DNA of 64,000 nt from NCBI GenBank assembly GCA_963841915.1, contig CAWJEN010000006.1, positions 896,001 to 960,000 of the forward strand, read 5' to 3'. Position numbers and translations under genes: made by a program. The notes beneath the pieces are model-generated. The model worked only from the letters and a program-made list of their open reading frames with translations, ran no database searches and was not told where the DNA came from. Of this stretch, positions 18,370-29,379 are shown in pieces; within the stretch, counting starts at the first letter, position 1, and the number at the start of each line of letters is the position of its first letter. This stretch comes from an uncultured Planctomycetota bacterium (GTDB lineage Bacteria; Planctomycetota; Phycisphaerae; Tepidisphaerales; Tepidisphaeraceae).

Positions 18370-19349
18370 GACAAGGTCCCTTCCAGCGGCTGAAGCGATT
18401 GACGAGCATTACCGGCAACGATGTCGCCGTCGGGAACAATGCCGTTACGGACAACGGTGGCAAACGGGCCGATTGTGCAACTATGACCGATTCGCGAGCC
18501 GCGACCGACGTGACTGAACGGCAGGATCTGCGAGTCGCGACCGACGACGACGCCGTGCTCGATCCAAGTGGTTCGCGGGTCGACGATACCGACGCCCTCT
18601 GCCATGACAGCCGCCTGGATCCGCTCCTGCATGACCCGGCCGGCCTCTGCGAGCTGATGACGATCGTTGGGCGCGACGATGTCGCCCGCCCCGACGCAGG
18701 GCACTGCCTGTACGAGCCCACCCGCCTCACGGGCGAGGTGGAAGATGTCGGTGAAGTAGTACTCGCCCTTGGCGTTGTCGTTCGAAAGCTTGCCGAGCGC
18801 GTCCTTCATGGCCGCCACGTTGCCGCAGGTGACGCTGGGGAAGACTTCGCGAATCTGCCGCTGCTCGGGCGTGGCGTCGAGTTCTTCGACGATGTGGGAG
18901 AAGCCGCCATCGCCGTCGCGGACGACGCGGCCATATCCGAACGGGTTTGGCAGCTTTGCAGTCGCAAGCGACAGCGCCGCGTCATGCTGCCTGTGTTGCT
19001 GGAGCAGCTCAATCAGCGACGCCCCTCGGATCAGCGGCAAGTCACCGGCGAGCACGATGACGTCGCCTTCGTCGGGCAGCTCGTCCGTTGTCACCTGGAC
19101 CGCGTGTCCGGTGCCAAGTTGCTCTTTTTGCTCGACGAAAACGATCCGCTCGTCACCTCTGAAGGCGTCGATGACCTGTTCTTTGCCATGACCGACGACG
19201 ACGACCACGCGATCGGCCCCGGCATCGAAGGCGGCGTCGAGCAGGTAGCCGAGCATCGGTCGGCCGCACACCTCGTGCAGCGGCTTCGGCAACGCCGATT
19301 TCATCCGCGTGCTTTTACCCGCGGCGAGAATGACGGCTGACGTGGGCAA
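18366..19349 (-). CDS. glmU: GlmU-like N-acetylglucosamine-1-phosphate uridyltransferase, short form
   Basis: VILAAGKSTRMKS, EQLGTGHAV, GYGRVVR, NAKGEYYFTD. Only a few hexapeptide turns at the C-terminus. Probable TTG start. Confidence 0.8.
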   Translation of the reverse strand: MPTSAVILAAGKSTRMKSALPKPLHEVCGRPMLGYLLDAAFDAGADRVVVVVGHGKEQVIDAFRGDERIVFVEQKEQLGTGHAVQVTTDELPDEGDVIVLAGDLPLIRGASLIELLQQHRQHDAALSLATAKLPNPFGYGRVVRDGDGGFSHIVEELDATPEQRQIREVFPSVTCGNVAAMKDALGKLSNDNAKGEYYFTDIFHLAREAGGLVQAVPCVGAGDIVAPNDRHQLAEAGRVMQERIQAAVMAEGVGIVDPRTTWIEHGVVVGRDSQILPFSHVGRGSRIGHSCTIGPFATVVRNGIVPDGDIVAGNARQSLQPLEGTLS

Positions 19350-19455
19350 GGCAGAAGTGCTGAATAAAGAAATGCTGAGTGATGAATGCCGAAGGAAAGC
19401 CGTGCCGTCTCTGGCATTCATCGCTCATCATTCTCTCGCTCACCAATTCTGGCGA

Positions 19456-19526
19456 TTACCCCGCAGGGATTCGAACCCCAACTAGCTGTACCAAAAACAG
19501 CTGTGCTACCGTTACACCACGGGGTA
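19456..19526 (-). tRNA. tRNA-Gln(TTG)
   Basis: Minus strand TACCCCG/CGGGGTA acceptor stem, GCTGT-TTTTGGT-ACAGC anticodon arm, GGTTCGAATCC T arm. CCA not encoded. Confidence 0.95.
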
Positions 19527-19742
19527 GTGGCTGGTTGTCGCAGACATGTGCCGAGCGGCGAGAGGCGACGCACGACGGCGACGCGGGTGATGAGACCGTC
19601 CCGTCTACCCACTTGCCTCGGCAAGCCTCTCGACGGCGGACGCCAGTTTAGCCCGCTTCGTCGTCCGATCAAGAACGTTGTCACGACGTCAAGAAGCCCC
19701 CGAGCCTAATGACCGTCAGCACCGCCCGTCTACGGTGCGGCT

Positions 19743-20801
19743 GTGAAGATCGTCTTCCTGGGCCTCTCGATCACGTCCTCCTGGGGCAATGGCCACGCGA
19801 CGACGTTTCGTGGCCTGGTTCGGGAGCTTTGCGAACGTGGGCACGATGTGACGTTCCTGGAGCGTGACAAGCCGTGGTATGCCGACAACCGCGACCTGCC
19901 AAAGCCGCCGTTCGGAACGACGATGCTGTACGACTCGCTGGATGAACTGACGGACCACGCGACGTTGGTTCGTGACGCCGACGCGGTGATTGTCGGCAGC
20001 TACGTGCCGGAGGGTGTCGCCGTCGCCACCTGGGCGTTTGCGACGGCGAGCGGGCCGGTCTGCTTTTACGACATCGACACGCCGGTCACGCTCGCCAAGC
20101 TGCGGCGGGGCGACTTTGAGTACCTTGACCCGAAGCATATTCCGCGGTTCGACGCCTATTTCAGCTTCACAGGCGGGCCGACGCTGGATGTGCTGGAGCA
20201 AGAGTTCGGCAGCCCGAAGGCCCTGCCGTTGTTCTGCAACGTCGATCGCCTGGCGTACCACCCGCAGGACACGTCGGTGAAGTACGACCTGTCGTACCTG
20301 GGCACGTACAGCGACGACCGTCAGCCGACGCTGGAGCGGTCGCTGATCGAGCCGGCACGGGCGTGGAGCAACGGACGATTCTGCGTCGCCGGGCCGCTCT
20401 ACCCAGAGTCGATGCAATGGCCGGATAACGTGGAGCGGGTGAATCACCTGCCACCGAGCGAGCATCGGGCGTTTTACAATGCCAGTCGGTGGACGCTGAA
20501 TGTGACGCGGCAGGACATGATCGCCGCCGGCTGGTCACCGAGCGTGCGGCTCTTCGAGGCAGCCGCGTGCGGCACGCCGGTCGTCAGCGACCGGTGGGAC
20601 GGCCTGTGTGACTTCTTTGAGATCGGCAGCGAGATCCGGGTAGCAGACACAGCCGACGAGGCGTTGTCGATCATCCGCGACACGCCTTGTGACGAAGCAA
20701 AAGCGATCGGCGAGGCCGCCCGGGCGAAGGTGTTGTCGCACCACACCGCTGCCAAGCGGGCGGAGGAGCTCGAGCGCTATCTGCTGGACCTTCGTTCTTG
20801 A
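19743..20801 (+). CDS. CgeB-like glycosyltransferase (GT-B)
   Basis: GLSITSSWGNGHATTFRGL, YDIDTPVT, SPSVRLFEAAACG. Confidence 0.85.
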   Translation: MKIVFLGLSITSSWGNGHATTFRGLVRELCERGHDVTFLERDKPWYADNRDLPKPPFGTTMLYDSLDELTDHATLVRDADAVIVGSYVPEGVAVATWAFATASGPVCFYDIDTPVTLAKLRRGDFEYLDPKHIPRFDAYFSFTGGPTLDVLEQEFGSPKALPLFCNVDRLAYHPQDTSVKYDLSYLGTYSDDRQPTLERSLIEPARAWSNGRFCVAGPLYPESMQWPDNVERVNHLPPSEHRAFYNASRWTLNVTRQDMIAAGWSPSVRLFEAAACGTPVVSDRWDGLCDFFEIGSEIRVADTADEALSIIRDTPCDEAKAIGEAARAKVLSHHTAAKRAEELERYLLDLRS

Positions 20802-20955
20802 GGAAGCCCCCGAGCCGTGAACCACTTGTCTGCTACGCGTGAAGCGTCGGGAAATCCGCCGCCGGTTGACCGGCGGCAACTTTGCCTTCTAATGATGCGC
20901 ACCACCGCACCGCGTCCAACCAACGCGTCAGCAGCCAACGACTCACCCACGACAC

Positions 20956-23121
<2,166 letters not shown>

Positions 23122-23146
23122 ATCTTCCCACCGTAAGGGTTAAATT

Positions 23147-23181
23147 AAACGAGCCGGGAGCGTCAGGCTCCCGGCTCGTTT
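23147..23181. terminator. Intrinsic terminator after glnA (possibly bidirectional)
   Basis: AAACGAGCCGGGAGC / GCTCCCGGCTCGTTT 15-bp stem. Confidence 0.8.
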
Positions 23182-23296
23182 GTGCAGCGGACATCAGCCG
23201 CAGCGACAGGTGGACGATCCCCTGATCGTGTTAATCTGGGGAAGCTGCATTGACTGTTCGTGGACGTGTCGTAGACTCCTTGTAATCTCTCCCCTC

Positions 23297-23334
23297 GCCC
23301 CGAGGCTCACCTTTCTGGTGGCCTCGGGGCTTTT
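23297..23334 (+). terminator. Second plus-strand terminator-like hairpin
   Basis: GCCCCGAGGC / GCCTCGGGGC stem followed by TTTT. Confidence 0.65.
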
Positions 23335-23343
23335 CGTTGGAGT

Positions 23344-25425
23344 TCAGGCACCTCGCGGTGTCGGCGGCTGGCGGACGCCCTGCGACGGCATGATGCGGCG
23401 GATCGCCGGGGGCACGAAGCCGTCGACCCAAAGCACCGCCACCGTGTCGTCGCCGAACGCAACGCAAAGCCGACCGGCCGGGTCCATCCAAGCCAACCTT
23501 GCCGGACGGGGCGGCAACAGTTCATCAAAATTCGTCGCCGATCCGTCCGCGTTGAACCGCGTCAGACGCCCCGGCCGATCGAGCACAAACACGCGGCCTT
23601 GGTCATCGGGCACCAGCCACACGTCCTGCGACCCCGAGCGACCCTCCAGCGGCACCCGCATCTCGCCGATCACAAGGTCGCTGCCGTCGACGCGGGCAAT
23701 GCGTCCGTCTGACAAGACTGTAGAGCCCGGCACCTCGGCCCTGTTGGCGATGGCCGCTTCGTCGTCGAGGGTCTCCCACGCCTCACCGGCGAGACGCCAG
23801 ACGCCACCGAGCCGCATCGCCGGATAGCCGTCAGGCCCGCGACCGGCCGTGCCCGGCACGCCCAGCGGTCCGGCCGGGCCGGTGCTGATGACCCAGATGT
23901 CAGGCTCGGCATTGGCTCGCGGCAGGCGCGGGTCGACGAGCAGCGATTGGCCGTCCCTTGTGAACAGCCACCGTCCGCGGTTGTCACGACCGATGATCGC
24001 GTCGATCTCGCCCGCGTCCTTTGACAACAGCGGCTGAAAGTGGTTCACGCCCCACAGACTCGGCGGCAGATCGTCCTGCAGGCTCACGAAGTCGCCTCCG
24101 AAAGACAGTAACTTGCCACCCGACTCGGCCTCGATACGGAGGCGATCAGGCAGCAGACCGATGCGTTGGCCAGGCTGAATGACGACGTAGCCGGGCTTTT
24201 TAACGACACCCACGCCCGCGACTTCCTGCACCTCAACGCCTTCGACGAATCTCAAGATCACGCCGCCGTTCTCGAGTCGCGAGGCAACTTCTACCGGACC
24301 GGGCATGGTGTACATGCCGCCGAGCGTCGGCTCGTCGAGCGTGCCGCCGATGAGGCGGTCGATTTCGCGACCGGCGAGACGCTTGACAGTTGGCCTAAGT
24401 ACTTCGAGCACCGGCACCGCCGACGGTCCCATCGCCTCGAGCTGTGCCGAGGCGGCGAGCCGGCGGGTGTTGTCCATCTGCGACAACTCCTCGACCAGCC
24501 GCTCGATCGCCTCGCGGTCTGCCGGCTTCGTCGCCAGTTGGAGCAGCGTCAGCGTCGCATCGGCCTCGATCTGCAACACTGAGCCGTCGCCATACGGCAC
24601 AAAGTGGACGGCGTCGGACGACCAGCCGTCCGCTTCTGCGAGTGGCTGCCACGCCGACCCGTCGAAGTAGGCGACGGCCGCGCCTGTCCGCCATGCCAGC
24701 ACACCGTCCGCCGCCGGGAGCAATTGCGTCTGACCGGTGTCGTCTGCCGACCAGTTCATAACGATGACGCGGCCGTCGGCGTCGGGACGTTGGCTGCTCG
24801 CTTCCTGCCCGAATCGGCGGCGATACTGCTTGACGTCCTCGGGCTCGTCGACCAGCTCGATCACCGTCGCTCCGGCATCTGTCGGCACGACGACCGAGTC
24901 TCCCGACGGCACCGCCCGGGAGAAGTCGGGCTCAACACCAATGGCAAACGCGGCTGACCCTGTCGCGTGGTGCCACCGGTAGCCGTTGCTGTCGGTCGTG
25001 ATGGCCTCGACGAACCGCTCGTCGCCCCGGCGGACGTTGCGGGTGTAGAGGACCTGGGCGTCGACGACGAACTCGGTCGCGATCCACGCGTCGGCATCTG
25101 TGGCGATGTCCGATAACGAACGGCCGTCGGGGTGCGTGACCCACAGGCAGCCGACGGCGTCGATGAGGACCGGGCGATGCAAGGTCGCCACAGCCGCGTT
25201 GGCCAGCGGGAGCGGCTCATCCAGCAAAGCCTCCGTCGGCAGCTCAGGCAACACCTCGCGGACGGCGTCCATGTACGTCGCTGGCCCGGCCGGTTGCGTC
25301 GCCGGGACGGTGGTCGGCTGTGTCGCCGGCGGAGTCGGTGGCGGTTCTGGTAGCACCGGCGGCTCGGGTTCCTCGCAGCCGACGAGGACGATCAAGAGGA
25401 CACACAGGAGATTCCGCACCATCAC
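23344..25425 (-). CDS. Hypothetical lipoprotein
   Basis: Lipobox LVGC and Pro/Thr-rich linker (PATQP) in a long ORF. Exact start uncertain. Confidence 0.75.
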   Translation of the reverse strand: MMVRNLLCVLLIVLVGCEEPEPPVLPEPPPTPPATQPTTVPATQPAGPATYMDAVREVLPELPTEALLDEPLPLANAAVATLHRPVLIDAVGCLWVTHPDGRSLSDIATDADAWIATEFVVDAQVLYTRNVRRGDERFVEAITTDSNGYRWHHATGSAAFAIGVEPDFSRAVPSGDSVVVPTDAGATVIELVDEPEDVKQYRRRFGQEASSQRPDADGRVIVMNWSADDTGQTQLLPAADGVLAWRTGAAVAYFDGSAWQPLAEADGWSSDAVHFVPYGDGSVLQIEADATLTLLQLATKPADREAIERLVEELSQMDNTRRLAASAQLEAMGPSAVPVLEVLRPTVKRLAGREIDRLIGGTLDEPTLGGMYTMPGPVEVASRLENGGVILRFVEGVEVQEVAGVGVVKKPGYVVIQPGQRIGLLPDRLRIEAESGGKLLSFGGDFVSLQDDLPPSLWGVNHFQPLLSKDAGEIDAIIGRDNRGRWLFTRDGQSLLVDPRLPRANAEPDIWVISTGPAGPLGVPGTAGRGPDGYPAMRLGGVWRLAGEAWETLDDEAAIANRAEVPGSTVLSDGRIARVDGSDLVIGEMRVPLEGRSGSQDVWLVPDDQGRVFVLDRPGRLTRFNADGSATNFDELLPPRPARLAWMDPAGRLCVAFGDDTVAVLWVDGFVPPAIRRIMPSQGVRQPPTPRGA

Positions 25426-25534
25426 ACCTTACCGCAAACGGCGGTGTAGATGCGACAGGCACAAGCAACGCAACGACACCGGCCCGGCAACAAAGTTGCC
25501 GGGCCGTCGCGGGTGGGGGGTCTGTATGTATTGC

Positions 25535-26239
25535 TTACTTCCTGTCGCCACCACCACCGCCGCGGCCGCCGCGACCGGGACGCATGGCGTCGATGTCGAT
25601 GCCGCGCTCCTTGGCCCGCTTCATGAGTGCGGCCATGAACTCGACGCGTTGGGCTTGGTTGGCACTGTTGCCACCGTCGCGACCGCCGGGGCCTCCACGG
25701 CCGCCACGCTCACCGCCGCCTTCGCGACCTTCGCGGTCCGGGCGACCTTCGCCACCTTCACCGCCGCGACGGCCTTGGCCGCCTTCACGATCACCGCGTT
25801 CGCGACCTTCGCCATTGGCTTCACGCTCGGCCCGACGCTTCTCCATCTCCTTCATCATTTTCTGCATCTCGTCGATCGTCTCGTCGAGGTACTTGTCACG
25901 CTCTTCGATGGGCGTCTTGAAGTAGTTGTCGACCCGCTCCTGGGCCTTTTGCCGGAACTCGGCCCGGCGGGCGATGCGTTGTGCCTCGGGCTCGAGGGCG
26001 GCCTTCTCCTCTTCGGTGAGCGAGGCCATCCGCTCCATCGCCTGTCGACGCTGGTCTTCGGTCATCGACTCGCGGTTTTCCCGCATGTCCTTGGCGAGCT
26101 GGTTCGGCTCGGCCTGGCTCAGGTCGGCCTCGGTGTCCCACAGCGCCCACGCGGCACCGCCGGCGGCGAGGAGAGCGACAAGGCCCAGCAGCGCGGTACG
26201 GCGGCGGGCGGGAGACTCGGTGGTGGTGGTGTGGGTCAT
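25535..26239 (-). CDS. Hypothetical membrane-anchored protein with G/R/E-rich low-complexity tail
   Basis: N-terminal TM segment, helical charged core, GGEGGEGRPDREG-type repeats. Confidence 0.75.
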   Translation of the reverse strand: MTHTTTTESPARRRTALLGLVALLAAGGAAWALWDTEADLSQAEPNQLAKDMRENRESMTEDQRRQAMERMASLTEEEKAALEPEAQRIARRAEFRQKAQERVDNYFKTPIEERDKYLDETIDEMQKMMKEMEKRRAEREANGEGRERGDREGGQGRRGGEGGEGRPDREGREGGGERGGRGGPGGRDGGNSANQAQRVEFMAALMKRAKERGIDIDAMRPGRGGRGGGGGDRK

Positions 26240-26289
26240 GGTGGTTCTCCGACAGGTCAAAAGTTCAGGGGAAAGGCGGGCGAAGCGGC

Positions 26290-26991
26290 TTACTTCTCGT
26301 CGCGACGCAGTTGGCTTGCAATGTCTTCACGAGGTCCGGCCGACCAGTCGGAAAAGAGGTACTGGCGGCCGTCTTCGCTCCCGCGGGTGTGGAAAGCGGC
26401 GTGGTCACGGAAGAGCCACAGCTGGCGTCCACGAGCTCGGCCGTCGTCGCCGCGAGCTTCTTCGCGTTGTTTGTGATCCGCCAAGACGTCGAGAAACTTG
26501 TCGCCCTCGCGGAATGCGTTCACGAACGGGTTGTAGTCGTAGCTCGTCCCGTACGCGTCGCCGTAGCGCGTGATGCCGTTGTTGTTGACGTAATCGACGA
26601 CGGCAGCGTCTCGGGTGTCTTCAGCACTGATGTCCAGCAGCGTGTCGCTGGGGCATTGCCACGCACCGCTGTCCTGGTCGATCTGCTTCTCGAAGGTCTC
26701 CAGGAGCGACGGGAACTCGTTGTAAGGCGGGTTGGCGTAGGCGATCGGCTGTGTGTTGTAGAGCGGGTTGCTGAAGGGCAGCGGATTGACCCGCGGCACC
26801 CGGCCACCACTTTGCTCGAGGTACAGGTTGAAGCTGTTGCCAAGCTCCCGCAGGTTGCTCAGGCAGACCGTCGCCTGGGCCGAGGCCCGGGCCCGACTCA
26901 GCGTCGGAATCAGGATGCCGACGAGCAGGGCGATGATGCCGATGACGACGAGGAGCTCGACGAGGGTAAAGGCTTTCGGCCGCGGGTGCAT
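26290..26991 (-). CDS. Prepilin-type N-terminal cleavage/methylation domain protein
   Basis: KAFTLVELLVVIGIIALLVGILIPTLSRAR...CLSNLREL, WQCPSD, C-terminal H-x9-F-x-D-like motif. Confidence 0.9.
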   Translation of the reverse strand: MHPRPKAFTLVELLVVIGIIALLVGILIPTLSRARASAQATVCLSNLRELGNSFNLYLEQSGGRVPRVNPLPFSNPLYNTQPIAYANPPYNEFPSLLETFEKQIDQDSGAWQCPSDTLLDISAEDTRDAAVVDYVNNNGITRYGDAYGTSYDYNPFVNAFREGDKFLDVLADHKQREEARGDDGRARGRQLWLFRDHAAFHTRGSEDGRQYLFSDWSAGPREDIASQLRRDEK

Positions 26992-27019
26992 GACAACTAC
27001 AACGTTGCCATCGCCGGGG

Positions 27020-28000
27020 TTATTCCGCCGCGTCGTCCAAAAAATCTACGCGGTGCAGGTCGATGAGGCCGATTCCCAAACCCAGCAGGTACTGGTCGTC
27101 GTGAATTGAGACGTCGTCCAGCACCTCAGCGACCTTCACGGCACTGACGCTGTCGGCGTAGCCGACGTAGTAGGCGAAGCTGTCGGCGTCATCCTCGAGC
27201 AGACCGGCCGCCTCGTTGACAAGGTCAAGGTACGTCGCCTCTTCGTCCGCCAGCAGGTGCAGTCGGCTGCGGTGCAGCAGCAGGATCGCCGTCGACGGGT
27301 CAGGCATCTGGCGGGCCACGTCGATGACCTGGTCCAGCAACTTGGTCTCACCGGCAAGGGTGTAGTACCAGGCGACCTGCTCGAAGTCGTAGTTGTTGTT
27401 GGCGTTGACGATCGCGTTGGCCAAGGCCTTACCTGCCTCGGCCTCGGCCGCTTCCGGGTCGCCGCGGAGCAGCAGCAACTGGGCGGCAAACCCGTACTCG
27501 AAAGCTGCCTCGTCACTGCCGGGCGCCTGCGTCGGCAGGTCCAGGAGCGTGCGGTAGACGTAAGTGGCGATGTAGCCGTCTTCGTCTAGCAGCGCCTCCG
27601 GGTGGTCGAGCAAGGTCTTTGCGAGGTCGTCGTCCTTCCGCGAGGCGATGGTGATGAGGGCCGTGTCGATCAGGTAGGGCTTGGTGACGAAGCTGTCGTC
27701 GTCGGCCTGCGACGCATCGAACGCCTCCATGGCAGCATCGATGTCGCCGACTTCGGCAAGGGCGACGGCCCGATCGACATTGTCGGCCGCCATCGCGTCA
27801 GCCACCCGGCGGCCCGAGTCGAGGTCGCCCAGGTTGGCGTAGATCGAGGCGGCGACCGAGCGGAAGGCGTCGGGATCGTCGGCCGTTGGCGCGGCGGCTT
27901 CGATGTCCTTCGCCAGCGACTCGGCCGCCTGCCACGCATCGGACGACGCGGCAACCGGAAACACAGCGAGCAAGACGAAGGCAAACAGGCACCTGAACAT
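27020..28000 (-). CDS. Exported hypothetical protein, acidic and helical
   Basis: Signal-peptide-like start MFRCLFAFVLLAV in an intact ORF. Confidence 0.65.
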   Translation of the reverse strand: MFRCLFAFVLLAVFPVAASSDAWQAAESLAKDIEAAAPTADDPDAFRSVAASIYANLGDLDSGRRVADAMAADNVDRAVALAEVGDIDAAMEAFDASQADDDSFVTKPYLIDTALITIASRKDDDLAKTLLDHPEALLDEDGYIATYVYRTLLDLPTQAPGSDEAAFEYGFAAQLLLLRGDPEAAEAEAGKALANAIVNANNNYDFEQVAWYYTLAGETKLLDQVIDVARQMPDPSTAILLLHRSRLHLLADEEATYLDLVNEAAGLLEDDADSFAYYVGYADSVSAVKVAEVLDDVSIHDDQYLLGLGIGLIDLHRVDFLDDAAE

Positions 28001-28074
28001 GGCCGCAACAGCATCTGCGCAAGCGGCCCCGGCGTCAATCCATCTGAAACGACCCGGCATGATATAGTGACGGC

Positions 28075-29364
28075 ATGACGCTTGTTGACTCTGTCGAAGA
28101 CACCGCCGAAGTCGATCCCGGCCTTGATGTTCTATACGACGCCGACCCCGACATCGCCCGCCTCATCGAGCGGGAAGGCGATCGTCAGGCCTCGACGCTG
28201 GAGATGATTGCCAGCGAGAATCACGTCTCGGCAGCGGTCCGGGCGGCGCAGGGCAGTGTGCTGACAAACAAGTACGCCGAGGGCTATCCCGCCGCCCGGT
28301 ACTACAACGGCTGCGGAATCTACGACGAGGTCGAGCAGCTCGCCATCGACCGCGCCTGCCGCCTGTTCAACTGCGAACACGCCAACGTGCAGCCGCACAG
28401 TGGTGCCAACGCCAACCTCGGCGTCATGCTCGGCCTTTTCAAGCCCGGCGACACGTTCCTGAGCATCAACCTCGCCAGCGGCGGGCACCTGTCGCACGGC
28501 ATGAAGCTCAACGTCTCGGCCAAGATGTTCAATCCCGTCCACTACGAGCTCGACGACAACGAACGCATCGACTTCGACGACGTGCTGGCTAAGGCCAAGG
28601 AACACAAGCCGGCGTTCATCATGTGCGGCTACTCGGCGTACGCGCGGACGATCGACTTTGCCAAGTTCCGCGACATTGCTGACGAGGTCGGGGCCGTTCT
28701 GTGGGCGGATGTGGCGCACATTGCGGGCCTCATTGCTGGTGGCGTGCACCCGTCGCCGTTCCCGCACTGTGACGTCGTGACCACGACCACGCACAAGACG
28801 CTTCGCGGCCCCCGCGGCGGCCTGATCCTGTGCAACGACGACGAGGTGCTCAAGAAGGTCAACCGCGGCATCTTCCCTGGCAGTCAAGGTGGGCCGCTCA
28901 TGCACGTCGTCGCCGCCAAGGCCGTCGCGTTCGGCGAGGCGTTGCAGCCGTCGTTCAAGGACTACGCGGCTCAGGTCGTCAAGAACGCCCAGGCGCTGGC
29001 CGAGGCGATGCAAGCCAAGGGCTACCGCCTCGTCGGCGGTGGCACGGACACGCACCTCATTCTCGTCGACCTGCGTGACCGCGACGCGGAGCTCACCGGC
29101 CGCGACGCCGCAGACGCGCTCGAGGCGGCGGGCATCATTTCGAACATGAACGGCGTCCCCAACGACCCGCGCCCGCCTCGCCTGACCAGCGGCATTCGAC
29201 TCGGTACTGCAGCTTTGACGACGCGTGGCCTGAAGGAAGACGATTTGAGAACGGTCGTCGACTTCATTGATGACGCCATGTCGAAGCGCGCCGACCCGGC
29301 AGCGCTTGCGAGCATCAAAGAAGATGTGGCAGAGTTTGCCAGCCGCTTCCCGATGCCGCACTGA
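28075..29364 (+). CDS. glyA: Serine hydroxymethyltransferase
   Basis: MIASEN, NKYAEGYP, GGHLSHG, TTTTHKTLRGPRGG. Confidence 0.98.
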   Translation: MTLVDSVEDTAEVDPGLDVLYDADPDIARLIEREGDRQASTLEMIASENHVSAAVRAAQGSVLTNKYAEGYPAARYYNGCGIYDEVEQLAIDRACRLFNCEHANVQPHSGANANLGVMLGLFKPGDTFLSINLASGGHLSHGMKLNVSAKMFNPVHYELDDNERIDFDDVLAKAKEHKPAFIMCGYSAYARTIDFAKFRDIADEVGAVLWADVAHIAGLIAGGVHPSPFPHCDVVTTTTHKTLRGPRGGLILCNDDEVLKKVNRGIFPGSQGGPLMHVVAAKAVAFGEALQPSFKDYAAQVVKNAQALAEAMQAKGYRLVGGGTDTHLILVDLRDRDAELTGRDAADALEAAGIISNMNGVPNDPRPPRLTSGIRLGTAALTTRGLKEDDLRTVVDFIDDAMSKRADPAALASIKEDVAEFASRFPMPH

Positions 29365-29379
29365 GACGGCTGGTAGCGA

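Noticed and set aside
25535..25830. Tandem-repeat-like DNA (CGCCACC / CCTTCGC units)
   Set aside because: Explained by the Gly/Arg/Glu low-complexity protein tail.
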